A stretch of DNA of 64,000 nt from Octopus vulgaris (lineage: Eukaryota), in contig OX597834.1 of assembly GCA_951406725.2 (NCBI GenBank), positions 36,456,001 to 36,520,000 of the forward strand, written 5' to 3'. The notes beneath the pieces were generated by a model. That model was given only the letters and a program-made list of their open reading frames with translations, searched no databases and was not told the origin of the DNA. Position 1 is the stretch's first letter; each line of letters starts with the position of its first letter. Below are positions 1 through 13,989 of the stretch, piece by piece. The translations under genes were made by a program, and so were the position numbers.

Positions 1-329
1 AAACTGAAAGAAGCCTGTCCTATATATGTATATATATGTGTGTATGTGTATGTATATGTTTGTGTGTCTGTGTTTGTCCCCTAGCATTGCTTGACAACCG
101 ATGCTGGTGTGTTTACGTCCCCGTCACTTAGCGGTTCAGCAAAATAGACCGATAGAATAAGTACTGGGCTTACAAAGAATAAGTCCCGGGGTCGATTTGC
201 TCGATTAAAGGCGGTGCTCCAGCATGGCCGCAGTCAAATGACCGAAACAAGTGAAAGAGTAACTAATAATTGCGACGCCTTTATTATCAATGACCATATT
301 TAATCGTTTTGTATAACTAGAAACTAATG

Positions 330-1545
330 TAAAGTAAATTTTTTTCATCAATTTTTTGCCCGTTCCTCCTCCTTAATCGTCTCTCAAATGTTCAGATTTT
401 TGGGACGTCTTTTCTGAATCTGAGTTTTGAAGTGGCATCAAGGGTTTTCAGTCGGATTCAAACCCGGCGATTGAGATGGTCAATGCAAAATGTAGGCATC
501 ATTTACTTCGAGCCAGGCAGTCTCTAATTTCGACGTATGCCTCGGATCATAATCTTGTTTGAAAGATCCAATCATTATCAAGCTGCGACTCTTCTGCTGA
601 CTTTCGAAGATTTTCGTCTGATAGTTTGACGTAATGCTCTTTCTTCACCCAGTCTTTGATGACCATTAATCGTCCTGAGACGGCTGCTGAAGTCCATCAC
701 CCCCACCAACTAAATTTCCACCGCCATACTTCATTGTAGAAATGGTGCTTTGGGGCCGAAAAGCTTGCCTAGATTTCCACCAAAGTGTGGCATTCTTGTT
801 GTGGTCAATATGTTCGATTTTAGTTTCGTCAATCAAACCTTCGACCAAAAATAAGCAGATTTGTTTAACATGCTTTTTGCATAGTTTAACCGAGCCGTAA
901 CGTCGCGGGGTTGGGTGGGGTGGGGTGGGGTGGTGGTTTTCTCTTTCGGCACCTACGGAGCCCAAATGCCCACAATATCCTTCATTGCAGCTGATGAAAC
1001 ATTTACGCCCAGCTGCCACTTTCTGCTCGCTGACCTCTTTTGCCGTTGTCTTCGGTTCACACTCGATTTGTCTCACCAGACTTTGCACGTGTTCGTCCGA
1101 CAACTTTCCTTCTATTCCGCTCCTTTCTCTTATTTGTCACACAACCGCAGGTTCGATATTTCTTAATAATTGATTGAATAGTCGGCACTTTGACAGAAAA
1201 TCGTTTTTGAAATGTCCCTGCATCTCAGGGCTGTGGAGTTGGAGTCGTGGAGTCGTGGAGTCAGAGTCGTGAAGTCGGAGTCGTGGAGTCGGAGCCGTGG
1301 AGTCGGAGTCGTGGAGTCGGAATCGGTGTCGGAGTCGTGGAGTCGCAGTCGTGGAGTCGGAGCCATGGAGTCGGAGTCTTGGAGTCGGAATCGGAGTCGG
1401 AGTCGGCGGTGCCAATAGTACAGGAGTCGGAGTCGAAGTTTTTTATTTCGACTCCTCAGCCCTGCTGCATCTGTCGCCAGATATGTGAGCTTTTATAATC
1501 TTTTTTGTTACTTTAACACGAATTTGTTTTCGCTTCGGTATTTTT
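330..1545 (-). mobile_element. Decayed Tc1/mariner (Tc1-type) transposase remnant, interrupted by a hAT MITE
   Basis: Across frameshifts and stops: HTH-like ISKRFSVKVPTIQSIIKKY, DETKIE...FRPQSTISTMKYGGG, QDYDPRHTSK and PSQSPGLNPTEN (cf. WPSQSPDLNPIEN). Ends approximate. Confidence 0.8.
1226..1464. mobile_element. hAT-type MITE with internal (GGAGTC/GGAGTCGT)n array
   Basis: TIR CAGGGCTG...CAGCCCTG; exact 8-bp TSD CTGCATCT at 1218-1225 and 1465-1472. Confidence 0.88.
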
Positions 1546-2831
1546 TATGTAGTAATTGAAATCGCAAAGAAAAAAAAAATGTCGATAGTATTGACACGCG
1601 ATAAATCGCGTGTTCAGAAATATTAAATAAGGTTTTACTAACATTTATTAATAACCCTTTCTACTAAAGGCACAAAGGCCTGAAATTTGGGGGAGGGGGC
1701 CAGTCGTAACTGATACTTAATTTATCGACCCCGAAAGGATGAAAAGCAAAGTCAACCCCGGCGGAATTTGAACTCAGAAAGTAAAGACGGACGAAATACC
1801 TATTTCTATTTCTTTACCTCGCACAAGAGGCTAAACATAGATTTAAGTACCAGTTACGCACTGAGGTATGTAATCGACTTAATCCGTTTGTCTGTCCTTG
1901 TTTGTCCCCTCTGTGTTTAAGCCCCTTGTTGGTAATAAAGAAACAGGTATTTCGTCTGCCGCTACGTTCTGAGTTCAAATTCCGCCGAGGTTGACTTTAC
2001 CTTTCATCCTTTCGGGGTCGATTAAATAAGTACCAGTTACGCACTGGGATCGATGTAATCGACTTAATCCGTTTGTCTGTCCTTGTTTGTCCTCTCTATG
2101 TTTAGCCCCTTGTGGGTAGGAAAGAAATAGGTATTTCGTCTGCCGCTACGTTCTGAGTTCAAATTCCGCCGAGGTCGACTTTGCCTTTCATCCTTTCGGG
2201 TTCAACAAGTTGAGCACTGGGGTCAGCGTAATCAATTGACCCCACTCTCTGAAACGATACTTTTATTTCCAATAGTTTACTTTTCGTTTTAAATGGACTT
2301 CTAGAAAAGTAGTTATTAGACAAAATGTTATGAGTAATTTTTTGAATTTTCTTAATTGTGATTGTTATCCATGTCAAAATAAGTTAATAATGAAATCAAA
2401 TTGTGTATATTAATTGAAGTAAAAATAATATACAAAAGATATTACAAAACCGATTAGTGATAAGAAGAATATTTTCAAAAAAATCAATTTTATTCTCGAC
2501 GTTATGAATACTTATGAACATCGCTGTATATACTTTACAACTAATACTTAGTGAGTGAATATCGTAGACGGAAACTGTGTGGAAGCCCGTCGTGTGTATT
2601 TATATGTTTGTGCGTTTATATGTTTACTTGTATGTGTGTTTTTGTGTTTCTCCATCACCATCGACTGACAACCGGCGTCGGTTTGTTTGCGTCCCTATAA
2701 CATAGCTGTTCGGCAAAAGAAACAGATTGTATAAAACTTAAAAATCAATACTGGGGTTGATTTGTTCGACTAAACACTTGAAGAGGTGCTCCAGCATGGC
2801 TGCAGTTCAATGCCTACATAGAAAATGGATG

Positions 2832-2972
<141 letters not shown>

Positions 2973-3541
2973 GTATCGGCGCAGGCGTGGCTGTGTGGTA
3001 AGAAGCTTGTTTCCCAACCACATTGTTCCGTGTTCAGTCCGCTGCGTGGAACCTTGGGTAAGTGTCTTCCACAATAGCCTTGGGCCGACCAAAGTCTTGT
3101 CAGTGCATTTGGTTGACGGAAACTGAAAGAAGCCTGTCGTATGTTTATGTGTGTGTGTGTGTGTGTGTGTATGTCTTTCTGTCTGTGTTCGTCCCCTTAT
3201 GTATATCGCCATGATTGATCGCTAGCCACTAAAACTTTTTTTATTTTCTCTCTCACCTTGTTTCTGTGTTCCTTTCTGTTGAAGAGCGTAGGCTCAAAAC
3301 GTAAAAGACTTTCTCACTTCCTGAGCGTTAAACTAATACATGTTTGTTGTTTACACGACCGCTTTGTTCAAAGCCTCCCTTGACCTCAAGTGGCCTGATC
3401 TCTTTACATGAACACCACCCTGTACTTAACTCCATGTCCCCCTACATGGCCTTGCTATTTGCTTTTGAGCCAAATTAACTAACTAACTAACTAACTAACT
3501 AACTACACACCCGTCTTCGTCTTTTATTGTTTTGTAAATTC

Positions 3542-3612
<71 letters not shown>

Positions 3613-3616
<4 letters not shown>

Positions 3617-4697
3617 ACGAGGGGACCTCCGTCGAACGAAAGCTGTTACGGAATCCCTCACACAGGCCCGACCGATCAGAAAATGTTCGCCACGGAAACT
3701 CGGAGAGGAGAGAGAGACACAATGAAGGCAACTGGCTCACATTTAACGTACTAGTTTATATGACTATTAATTGTTACAACATCAAATACATATCAGATAC
3801 ATTTAAAGAGGACACGTCGAATTAAACAACAACTCAATACATCATACAGGTATGCCACAGATCAAAGCATTTAAACATGCAGGTAACAACACATCAAATG
3901 CAATAACAACAGCATTTCAAGAGTACACGTCCGGAGACAACAGTTCTGTTTCAAATCACATTAAAGTTACAGTTCAAAGGACATTAAAGGCCTAACAGTT
4001 CAATGTTCATTACACAGTTCTCTTTTGCCTTAACACAACTCTGTACACAATGTCTTTACACAGTTCACATTGTTCTTTTCACTGTCTCATTTCTTTTACA
4101 GTCTCTTTACATCGAGTCTTTTTCCTTCTTTTTCTTCACATATCAATACACAATTCACGTACCTTAGTTCCTACTATAATAGCCAGTGTCTCATATTGTA
4201 CCTCATCTCTCTCAGCACTGCTAAATCCAACTTGCTAACCTGCTTGCCCTGAATACCAAATCCTGGCCGCTAAATCCAACCGCTCGCCTTGACTTCCAAA
4301 TACCGATTGCCAAAACCTCTTGCTCTGTCACTACCCTCAATCTCTCTCTGCTCTAATACTCTCTCTATCGCCGCTTAGTCCTATGTGCCTGTCCTCATCG
4401 ACGTTGTCGCTGTCACTCTCTCTCTCAGCTCTGCAATACCATGTCTGTCTGTCCTCCTCTACGCTGTCACTGTCACTCTCTCATGACAGCTCCCAGATCC
4501 CTTAATCTGTCTTTCTCAGTCTTTCCTTTTAAGGGGTGTTTAGAACGAACTTTCCTTGACCGGCAAAAGGGTCGGGGTCCTTCCAAAAGCCATTACTCTT
4601 CCCAAAACAAAGGACTATAACTTTGCATTCCAGACTTTCTGACTCCAAGCCAGCAAAGTAGGTCACAATCAACTGTCCCTAAGTTGAACTCACAACA
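3613..4697. mobile_element. Probable solo LTR inserted in (TA)n
   Basis: TGTTACGAG...CTCACAACA termini (TG..CA, imperfect inverted repeat), ATAT on both sides, non-coding interior. Confidence 0.6.
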
Positions 4698-5767
4698 ATA
4701 TGTATATATGTGTGTATGTATATATATATATATATATATATATTTGTGCCTACAAAATCGAAGTGTGTGTGTGTGGGGGGGCCACTATGCGGATAAACAA
4801 TTAAATATAACAGCTTGGGTGTGATATAGAAAACAAATATATATGTATATATGCCACTATTTACCTCGCGGAATTAGACCTTCGTAAAGTTCGAGTTATT
4901 TGAGCACTACTAAGTGTTTTCTTATACTGAGAATCTCTGGATCTCATCTGTTGGCTGTTTGTTTTCGTCGTTGTCCTATACGTTCGTTAGCTATTCCCAG
5001 TGGCTTTTCTTTTTGCACTGGCGCCACCAATGAAGCAGTAGCCTCAACGATAACGGCGCGAAACTATTATGATCTCTTGGACGTTGACACGTGAAGAATT
5101 AGCTACGAATTTTCCGTGTGCTTGGTTAAGGGAAATTTTCTGCGTTTTTGTTACATTTCCCGGTTGTTATGTTTTGTTTTTAAAAGATCCTTGGTATATC
5201 ATATATATATATATATATATATATGATTGGCACCCATTAGTCTAGAAAGACTATGGATCTGCGCCTTGGATATATCGTCAAGGTATAACGATGAGTGGGT
5301 TGTTGCAGTATATATAGTCTGTGTCATGATCTTACAGTAAAAGGAAGTTCAGTTTGACTCAGGGACAGACACACAGACAGACCGCTATGACCTTCACGGT
5401 TTGAACATTATTGCCTTACATTATGTTGCTGCTGTTGTTGTTGCTGTCGTTGTCGCCGACAATAACGTCTTTCAAATGTTCTTTCAGAAAAATAAAACTG
5501 TTTTCTTTCTTTCTTTCCTTCTTTCTCACCTGTCTCTCTCCTTCTCTTCTCTCTCTCTCTCCTTTCCCCTTATCTCTCTCACCTCTCTCTCTCTCTCTCT
5601 TCCTCTCCCTCCCCATCCCCGCCCCTCTCTCCACCCCGTCAGGTCTTTAGAAACAATTTCCAGACACTTCCAAACACCATTAATCGATTATTTTTTTTCA
5701 AACACTATTATTGATCAGATCAGATCAATAACAATCAATACTAACATTAATGATATTAACAACGAAC

Positions 5768-6212
5768 GATGATGCTGTAGGTGGTGATGGCGGTGGGGAT
5801 GATGACGATGATGACGATGACGATAATGATGACAGTGGTAATGATTAACAACAAATAAATAATCAATCTTAGTACCATCACCGTCACCGCCACCGCTACT
5901 AGCATTCTCTCCACCACCATCACTACCATCACTACCACCACCACCACCACCACCACCACCACCACCACCATCACCACCACCATTACCACCATCACCACCA
6001 CCACCACAACAACAACAACAACAATCATTGCCGCCGCCGCCACCACCATCACCACTACCACAACCATCACTACCACCGCCATTACTGCCACCCTCACTAC
6101 CACCACAGTCACTCACAAATGATATTTCTACCATCACCACCACCATCACCACCACCACCACTATCACCACCACCACTACCACCACCACCACCGCCGCCGC
6201 CGCCGCTACTAC
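5768..6212. repeat. (GAT)n/(CAC)n trinucleotide low-complexity tract
   Basis: Direct inspection. Confidence 0.9.
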
Positions 6213-6430
6213 AACCGCTATTTTCTATTTCATTGAAGAGTGAAGTGGATATTGATGTAAGGGAAAAGTTACAGCCCCTCAACACCCCCAGTAACTGTGA
6301 TTAAAAGAAGGCATGAGAGCAACCTTCGTGACTACACAACCTGATAGACATGGCAGTCAACATATCCCTTAATTCACATCCTATCATCACACAGGATGGT
6401 CATGGCTAATGTCCTTTTCGATCATGGTCT

Positions 6431-7006
6431 TGCCTAATTAGGACACATGCGATAAAAAGAGCACTCCGTCGGTTACGACGATGACTGCTCCAGTTGATCC
6501 TATCAATGGAACAACCTGCTCATGAAACTAACGTGCAAGTGGCTGAGTACACCACAGACACGTGTATCCTTTGATGCCTAATTAGGACACATGCGATAAA
6601 AAGAGCACTCCGTCGGTTACGACGATGACTGCTCCAGTTGATCCTATCAATGGAACAACCTGCTCATGAATCTATCGTGAAAGTGGTTGAGTACACCACA
6701 GACACGTGTATCCTTTGATGCCTAATTAGGACACATGCGATAAAAAGAGCACTCCGTCGGTTACGACGATGACTGCTCCAGTTGATCCTATCAATGGAAC
6801 AACCTGCTCATGAAATTAACGTGCAAGTGGCTGAGTACTCCACAGACACGTGTACCATTTGATGCCTAATTAGGACACATGCGATAAAAAGAGCACTCCG
6901 TCGGTTACAACGATGACTGCTCCAGTTGATCCTATTAATGGAACAACCTGCTCATGAAATTAACGTGCAAGAGGCTGAGTACTCCACAGACACATGTACC
7001 CCTTGA
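6431..7006. repeat. 144-bp tandem repeat x4 built from a SINE 3' end plus its flank
   Basis: Units start TGCCTAATTAGGACAC at 6431, 6575, 6719 and 6863. The last unit runs on into a minus-strand SINE body (to about 7210). Confidence 0.92.
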
Positions 7007-7692
7007 TGTAGTTCTCAGAGACATTCAGCGTGACACACAGAATGCGACAAGGCTGGCCCCTTTGAATTACAGGTACAACTCATTTTTGCCTGCTGAAAGG
7101 AACTGGATCAATGTGAAAATAAAGTGTCTTGCTCAAGGACACAACGCATCGCCGGGAATCGAACTCACAAGCGTGAACGGAATGCACCTAACCACCAAGC
7201 CACGTGCCTTCGTTAAACCCGTGCAATACCAAAGAAAAAGCCTGAAGAGATCTGCCCACCACCACCTAAAATAAATAAATAAATAACAATAGAAATAAAA
7301 TAGGCTTAGATGTGGTTATGTGGTTAAGAAGCTTGCTTGGCAACCATGGGATTTGGGGTTCACTCCCACTGCGCCCCAACCTGGACAAGTGTCTTTTACA
7401 ACTAGTACTTAGTGAGTGAATATCGTAGACGGAAACTGTGTGGAAGCCTGTCGTGTGTATTTATATGTTTGTGCGTTTATATGTTTACTTGTATGTGTGT
7501 TTTTGTGCTTCTCCATCCCCATCGACTGATAACCGGCGTTGGTTTGTTTGTGTCCCTATAACATAGCGGTTCGGCAAAAGAAACAGATTGTATAAAACTT
7601 AAAAATCAATACTGGGGTTGATTTGTTCGACTAAACACTTGAAGAGGTGCTCCAGCATGGCTGCAGTTCAATGCCTACATAGAAAATGGATG

Positions 7693-7785
<93 letters not shown>

Positions 7786-8321
7786 GCGCAGGCGTGGCTG
7801 TGTGGTAAGAAGTTTGCTTCCCAACCACATGGTTCCGTGTTCAGTCCCGCTGCGTGGAAACTTGGGTAAGTGTCTTCTACAATAGCCTTGGACCGACCAA
7901 AGTCTTGTCAGTGCATTTGGTTGACAGAAACTGAAAGAAGCCTGTCGTATGTTTATGTGTATGTGTGTGTGTGTGTGTGTATGTCTTTCTGTCTGTGTTC
8001 GTCCCCTTATCATTGCTTGACAATCGGTGTTGGTGTGATTACGACCCTGTAACTTAGCGGTTCGGCAAAAGAAAAAACGATGGAATAAGTACTAGGCTTA
8101 CAAAGTCCTGGAGTCGATTTGTTCCACTAATAACCTTCGAGACAGTGCTCTAGCATGAATGCAGTCAAATGACAGAAGCAAGTAAAAGAATATGGGGAGA
8201 GTCACTCTCTTGTGACACATGCGCACAAACAAACAAAAAGAAGGCATCTCTGATAACGGACAGAGTCAACGACTCTTGAAAAGATTGCAAGATGCAACAA
8301 AAATTTTAGGAAAAGTAAATT

Positions 8322-8718
8322 GGCGCAGGAGTGGCTTGCTAACCAACCACATGGTTCCGGGTTCAGTCCCACTGCGTGGCATCTTGGGCAAGTGTCTTCT
8401 GCTATAGCCCCGGGCCGACCAATGCCTTGTAAGTGGATTTGGTAGACGGAAACTGAAAGAAGCCTGTCGTATATATGTATGTATATATATGTATGTGTGT
8501 GTATATGTTTGTGTGTCTGTGTTTGTCCCCCTAGCATTGCTTGATAGCCGATGCTGGTGTGTTTACGTCCCCGTCACTTAGCGGTTCGGCAAAAGAGACT
8601 GATAGAATAAGTACTGGGCTTAGAAAGAATAAGTCCCGGGGTCGATTTGCTCGACTAAAAGGCGGTGCTCCAGCATGGCCGCAGTCAAATGACTGAAACA
8701 AGTAAAAGAGTAAAGAGA
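8322..8718 (+). mobile_element. tRNA-derived SINE, family A (full length)
   Basis: tRNA-like head (GGTTCAGTCCCACTGCG B-box-like), internal microsatellite, tail GGTGCTCCAGCATGGCCGCAGTCAAATGACTGAAACAAGTAAAAGAG. Many other copies, e.g. 1-262, 7784-8190, 13315-13690, 19135-19550, 22785-23260, 28254-28660, 44095-44480. Confidence 0.85.
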
Positions 8719-9699
8719 GGCGCCGGAACGGCTGTGTGGTAAGTAGCTTGCTTACCAACCACATAGTTTTCGTCTACTAAATTCACTTTACTAGTCCAAG
8801 GTGCCGCACTGTGGGACTGAACGCGAAACCTCATGATTGCAAAACAAACTCCTAACCATTTAGCCATGCCTGCGCCATTGTATTTACATAAATTACATCA
8901 CAACTTAATGAAAAATAACTTTGACAACCCATTTCTTTTGTTTCAATTGAAATATTCCGATGTATTCTACATAAAATTTAGTTCAGTTATTACAGCTTTT
9001 GTCTTGGCTGTTTAACTCATTATTTCTTTTATAAATCAATTTAATATCGAGAAATCATAGCTTCAAAGGAGTTGAAAGAAATTCAATAGCTTGGTTTTTG
9101 ATATAAAATGTTATCCGCTTGGTTAATGGCTTAATGGTTTCTCATGTTCTCTTAACACAAAGAAAAGACTGGTTTTGTGCACTGGTGACCAGTTATTGAA
9201 AGGGAGATAATCATTTCTAGATAAATTTTGCCGCAATTAGAAGTTTGTATTTCAAACCAAAGAACAAGGAAGAATATGCACAGAATATATGTTCAATTTT
9301 TTTGCTTACTCATTACAAAGATCTTAAAATGTCTAGTTGAAGGTATTTATGTATAGCGTTATTTCATTCTTTTTAGAAATCATCAGAATAATATATAACC
9401 TAAGAATTTATTAAGTAAACATTGTACAAAGTGATACATTTCTTATGGATTGAAAATAATTACAATATGGCTATCTGTTGGTTGTTGGCTGGTCTTGTTT
9501 GGTGGTGATTGGTTGAGTAAATGAATGGAAATATGTTTCTTGGGCTGCATGAAGAAGTAACTGAACAGCACCTATGGCCACTTAAAAGAAGATTTTAGCA
9601 TCGTACATAAAGACAAACTGCATTGGCCTTTTACAAATAACAACACCAATAATTACATACTGGGAGATAGATACGGCTTAGAATTTATAGCAAGCTATT

Positions 9700-10390
9700 T
9701 GCACGGTAACATCCGGCTTGGCCAATATAACTGGAAACAATTGTGCAATATTCGGGGCGACGGAAGTTCCTATCATCTATCTGTGCCATCTGTTTTTGCT
9801 GCCTTTCTGGGTCGTCTGATAGAAAAAAAAAAAATATTCGCCAAACGGTTTCTATAGGAGACCGCAAGTCAAGTTCTAGAATGTTTAATAAAACTTGTCC
9901 ACGCCATCGCTTCATGCTGATTGGTTGAGTAAAAGACCAATCACTTGAAACTATGGTGGTTTGCGTGCGATATCTGACCCGCATCCAGGGGTAAAAGTAT
10001 AGAAGACATTCATGGAATGTGTTTTCCATTTTGTATCTTCTTTTTTTTTTTCATACATCATTCAATAGTTCAGCAATTGAGCAAGTTCATACATGAAGAT
10101 TAACAATGTCCAGGGAACCTGGTTGCTTTCCCTATATCCAGCAACTGTGTTCAAGACCAATTCTAAGACTTTGTTTATTTTTTCCACAATTAGTCTCAGA
10201 TGATCCGCATATCTGATATTGCCAATTTTTCACTTCCCAATATTTCTGATGTCTATTTTATTGAACACTTGCCGCACCCGGAATCATAATTGTATACAAA
10301 CTGAAAACGCATAGAAATAAAATGCACCCCTGGTTGGAATCTTTATCAATTTCAAAGCAATCTTCATTTATTTCCCATCACAACTTGGTG
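9700..10390 (-). pseudogene. Highly decayed non-LTR (RTE-like) reverse transcriptase fragment
   Basis: Manual translation gives EDCFEIDKDSNQGCILFLCVFSLYT (cf. GVRQGCILSPxLFNLY) and IGNIRYADHLRLIVE (cf. NLRYADD). Many stops; ends approximate. Confidence 0.75.
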
Positions 10391-11169
10391 ATGATACCAC
10401 TATATTTATTTCGACCAGGCGGCCCACAAGCGAAACTCACTCACTTTAGGATAGAGCCGCAGCTTTGAATCTGCCCAGGGTTATCTCTCTTCAGTACCTT
10501 ACCCTGAGGAAGGCTAAAGTGCCAGAAATTAGCGTAATTTTTCCATATTTAAAACCAAGATACGTAACACAATAATAATAATAATAATAATTATAAAACA
10601 ACAACAATATTTGCACCAATTTTGTTTTTATTAAACCAGTTTATAATAATAATGATGAAAATAATAATAATAGTAATAATAATGATAATAATAATAATAA
10701 TCATAATAATAATAATAATAAGGATGAGGATGGTGATGATGACAAAAAATAATTATGAGGATGATATTTCACATTGGCACATAGCCACAAACTTGTATGG
10801 AGCAACAGGGACGGGTGCAACGAAATGAAACAACACCCTGTACATGGATGGTACTTATTTTATTGACTCCAGGAAGGAGAGATGAAAGGGAAAGTCAGCC
10901 TAGTAGAAATTGAACTCATAACATTGAAATCCGAATTGTCAGCTCTTTAGTCTATTCTTCTTCGATAATCTTGATTTTGTAATGAAGTCCCAAAACCTGA
11001 CATTTTACTGACCCATAAGTCGGTCTTGGTGGTATATAAACCTGAAAACTTAAAAGAGAAGTAACTAAATACCACAAGGCATTTATCTCTGTTGCTCTAC
11101 TAATTCTGACTAATCACAGAGTCTTAGTAGCATAGAGAGACTTACTAACTTAGGTGCAAGGTCAGACAT

Positions 11170-12570
11170 TTTGTGGCAGAAATTATGACCAATTATATTG
11201 GCCCCCACAAGTACTTGAATGCAACATTATTTTATCAGCCCCCAGATGGATGAAAAATAAATTTAATATAGGTAACATTTGAACTCAGGATGCAAATTAA
11301 AAGTTTTCGTTTCTATGCTTTTCTGAGATCTGGAAAGCTGGACTTTGTCTTGCAAAGCTGATAATACTTAAGGTCACTGCTTCTCTGAGAGCTCTTAAAC
11401 AAGACCCCTTTACCGATAAAACATCTGCAATTTAAAAAGAAAATAGGTAGTATATTGGACCACAAAGTGACAAATGCTAAATTTATCGATTGTCTTTATT
11501 CAACCTTTGAAAATGAAGGACTAAGTTTGGACCGGGTGCAATTTTATTAAATCCCGGAAAGAGGAAAAACAAATCTGATCTTTGTGAAATTTTTTGAACT
11601 TGGGATGTAAGCAAAACAGAGTAAAATATTCAGGTCTGTCAACTTTCAAAAATCTGGACTTTATTGTTTTTGAAAGCTGATAATACCTGAGGTTGCTGCT
11701 TCTCTGAGGGCCCTTGAGCAACAAAAACCCTTTACTGGCAAAGCATCTAGCAATTTTAAGAGAAAATGTGTAGTGTATTGGGTCAGCTTCATTACAGTAA
11801 AAAGCACTATATTGAATTTATCAACCCCTTTCATCATTCTTAGAGAATAAAGGACAAAATTTGGCCCCATAACAATTTTTAGTGACCCATGGAATGATGG
11901 AAAGCAAACTTAACCTATGTCACATTTGAGCCCAGAATGTAAACTAAAGTGTTTTACTATGCTCTGTTGACTTTCAAAAGGCTGCATTTATTGTCTTTGA
12001 AAGCTGATCATACTTGCGGTTGCAGATCCTCTAAGGGTCCTTAAGCAACAAAACCCCTTTACTGGTAAAATGCTTACAATTTGAAGCGGTAATGAAAAGT
12101 ATATCAGATCAGTTCCAGTATAATACAAAGTGATGGATGATAAATTTATTGGTCCTTGTTTTCCTCTCTTAGGGAGAAATGAAAGACAAGGTTTGGCCCT
12201 GACACAATTTTATCAACCCCCCAGGAAGGATGAAAAACAAGCCTAACATATTCTACATTTGAACTCAGGAGGATGCAAACTAAATAAATCAATGTTTTTA
12301 GTTCTAAGCTCTGCTGACCTTTAAAACACCTGGACTTAATGTACTTAAAAGCTGATCATACTACTTGAGGTTACTGTTCCTCTGAGGGCCCACAGGCAAC
12401 AAAAAAACCCCTTCATTGGTAAAACGCAGGTAATTTGAAAAAGAAATGAGTAGTGTGTTGGATCAGGTCCTGTACAGTACAAGGTGATGGATGCTAAATG
12501 TATGGATTCCCTTTCCTCATTCCTGGAGATTGAAGGACAAAGTTTGGCCCCGGCGCAATCTGAACTCTGA
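11170..12570. repeat. Old tandem array, ~320-350 bp unit x4
   Basis: Block (CTGGACTT..AAAGCTGATxATAC..GAGGTT..CTCTGAGGGCCC..AACCCCTTTACTGG) recurs at about 11338, 11655, 11982 and 12330; units include a SINE-B fragment. Confidence 0.75.
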
Positions 12571-13989
12571 AGGTTTCGGAGGGTTTCAGCCAATTTGACA
12601 CGTTTATTATTATTAATAATGATGAAGATGATGATGATGATGATGACAATTACAATTACAACATTGATAATAATAATAATAATAATAATATTAATGATGA
12701 TGATGATGATGACAGTGGTTTAATCTTAATAAGGATTTCTTTTTTGAATAATAGAAAAAAAATAATAGTTCATATATACAGATATTGAGAGAAAAATTAC
12801 AACATAATTATTTTAAATATAAGTGAGGTGAGGTAGAGGTGGCAGTGTTGGTGAGGGAGACAATCCTCTCTGTGGCCACCACCACCACCACCACCAACAA
12901 CAACACTTCTTTCCTTTACTTCACAATGGGTTTGAACCTCGATTCTGGGATCAACAAGAATATCATCTTTTGAATGGACGGCAGTTAGCAGTGAGTAGCA
13001 CTGGAGAGGAAGAGAGGGTGAAAGAGAGAGAGAGAGAGGGAGAGAGAGAGAGAGCGAGAAGAGGAATGGAAAGAGAGAGAGAAAAAGAAAATAGATGTTT
13101 AGTTCTTAGGATATCTTAACATAAGTGCAAAGGTGACATTTCTTTAGGAGGATGGGAAAAATAAAAGGTGTGATGTTGAGACATTGATGCCTTGACCAAG
13201 GACATTAATGACAAGAAAATAACTTCAACATTTCTATAAAAAAGGGCTGGTAACCAAAACGTCATTATCCTCTTTCTCTGGTCATAATATAATATATATA
13301 TATATGTGTTCATTTATTCTTTTACTTGTTTCAGTCATTTGACTGTGGCCATGTTGGAGCACCACCTTGATCAAATCAACCCCAGGACTTATTTCTTAAG
13401 CCTAGTACTTATCCTTTCGGTCTTTTTTGATGAACCACTAAGTTATGGGGGATATAAACGCACCAACATTGGTTGTTAAGCGGTGAGCAGGAAACAAAAA
13501 CATACAAACAGATATATAAATATATATACGATGGGCTTCTTTCAGTTTCCATCGACCAAATCCACTCACAAAGGCTTCAGTCTGCTCGAAGCTATAGTAA
13601 AAGACTCTTGCTCAAGGTGCCATGCAGTGGGACTGAACCTGGAATTATGTTGTTGGGAAGCAAGTTTTTTACCACACAGCTACGCCTGCACTTATATACA
13701 TACATACATACATATGTATATGTGTGTGTGTATATATTTTACTGTGATGCTTTTTTTTGTTGTTTTTGGTTGCCAAGAAGTGTGGATTCAAGTCCCACGT
13801 GTATGGGAAAACCTACTTTTTCCTATCGAGGGTTTATATGCCCCATTATTAGACTATTTTTTTTAGTTATTGCTTGGTGATGGCTTATAAGCTTTAAGCT
13901 TATAAAAATACTATCATTATTATTATTATTATTATTATTATTCACAGAATAAATAAATACATACATATATATATATGTAGATATAGTAT

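Noticed and set aside
8322-8400. SINE heads as functional tRNA genes
   Set aside because: They lack a full cloverleaf and continue into SINE bodies.
10500-10540. CTGAGGA-A-GGC..GCC-A-GAAA hammerhead-like motif
   Set aside because: Extra base before GAAA and no clear NUH/stem III; too degenerate to call.
12832-12996. Plus-strand His-rich frame ending at a GTGAGT donor
   Set aside because: No acceptor or start, includes a (CAC)n microsatellite, and no downstream exon was found.
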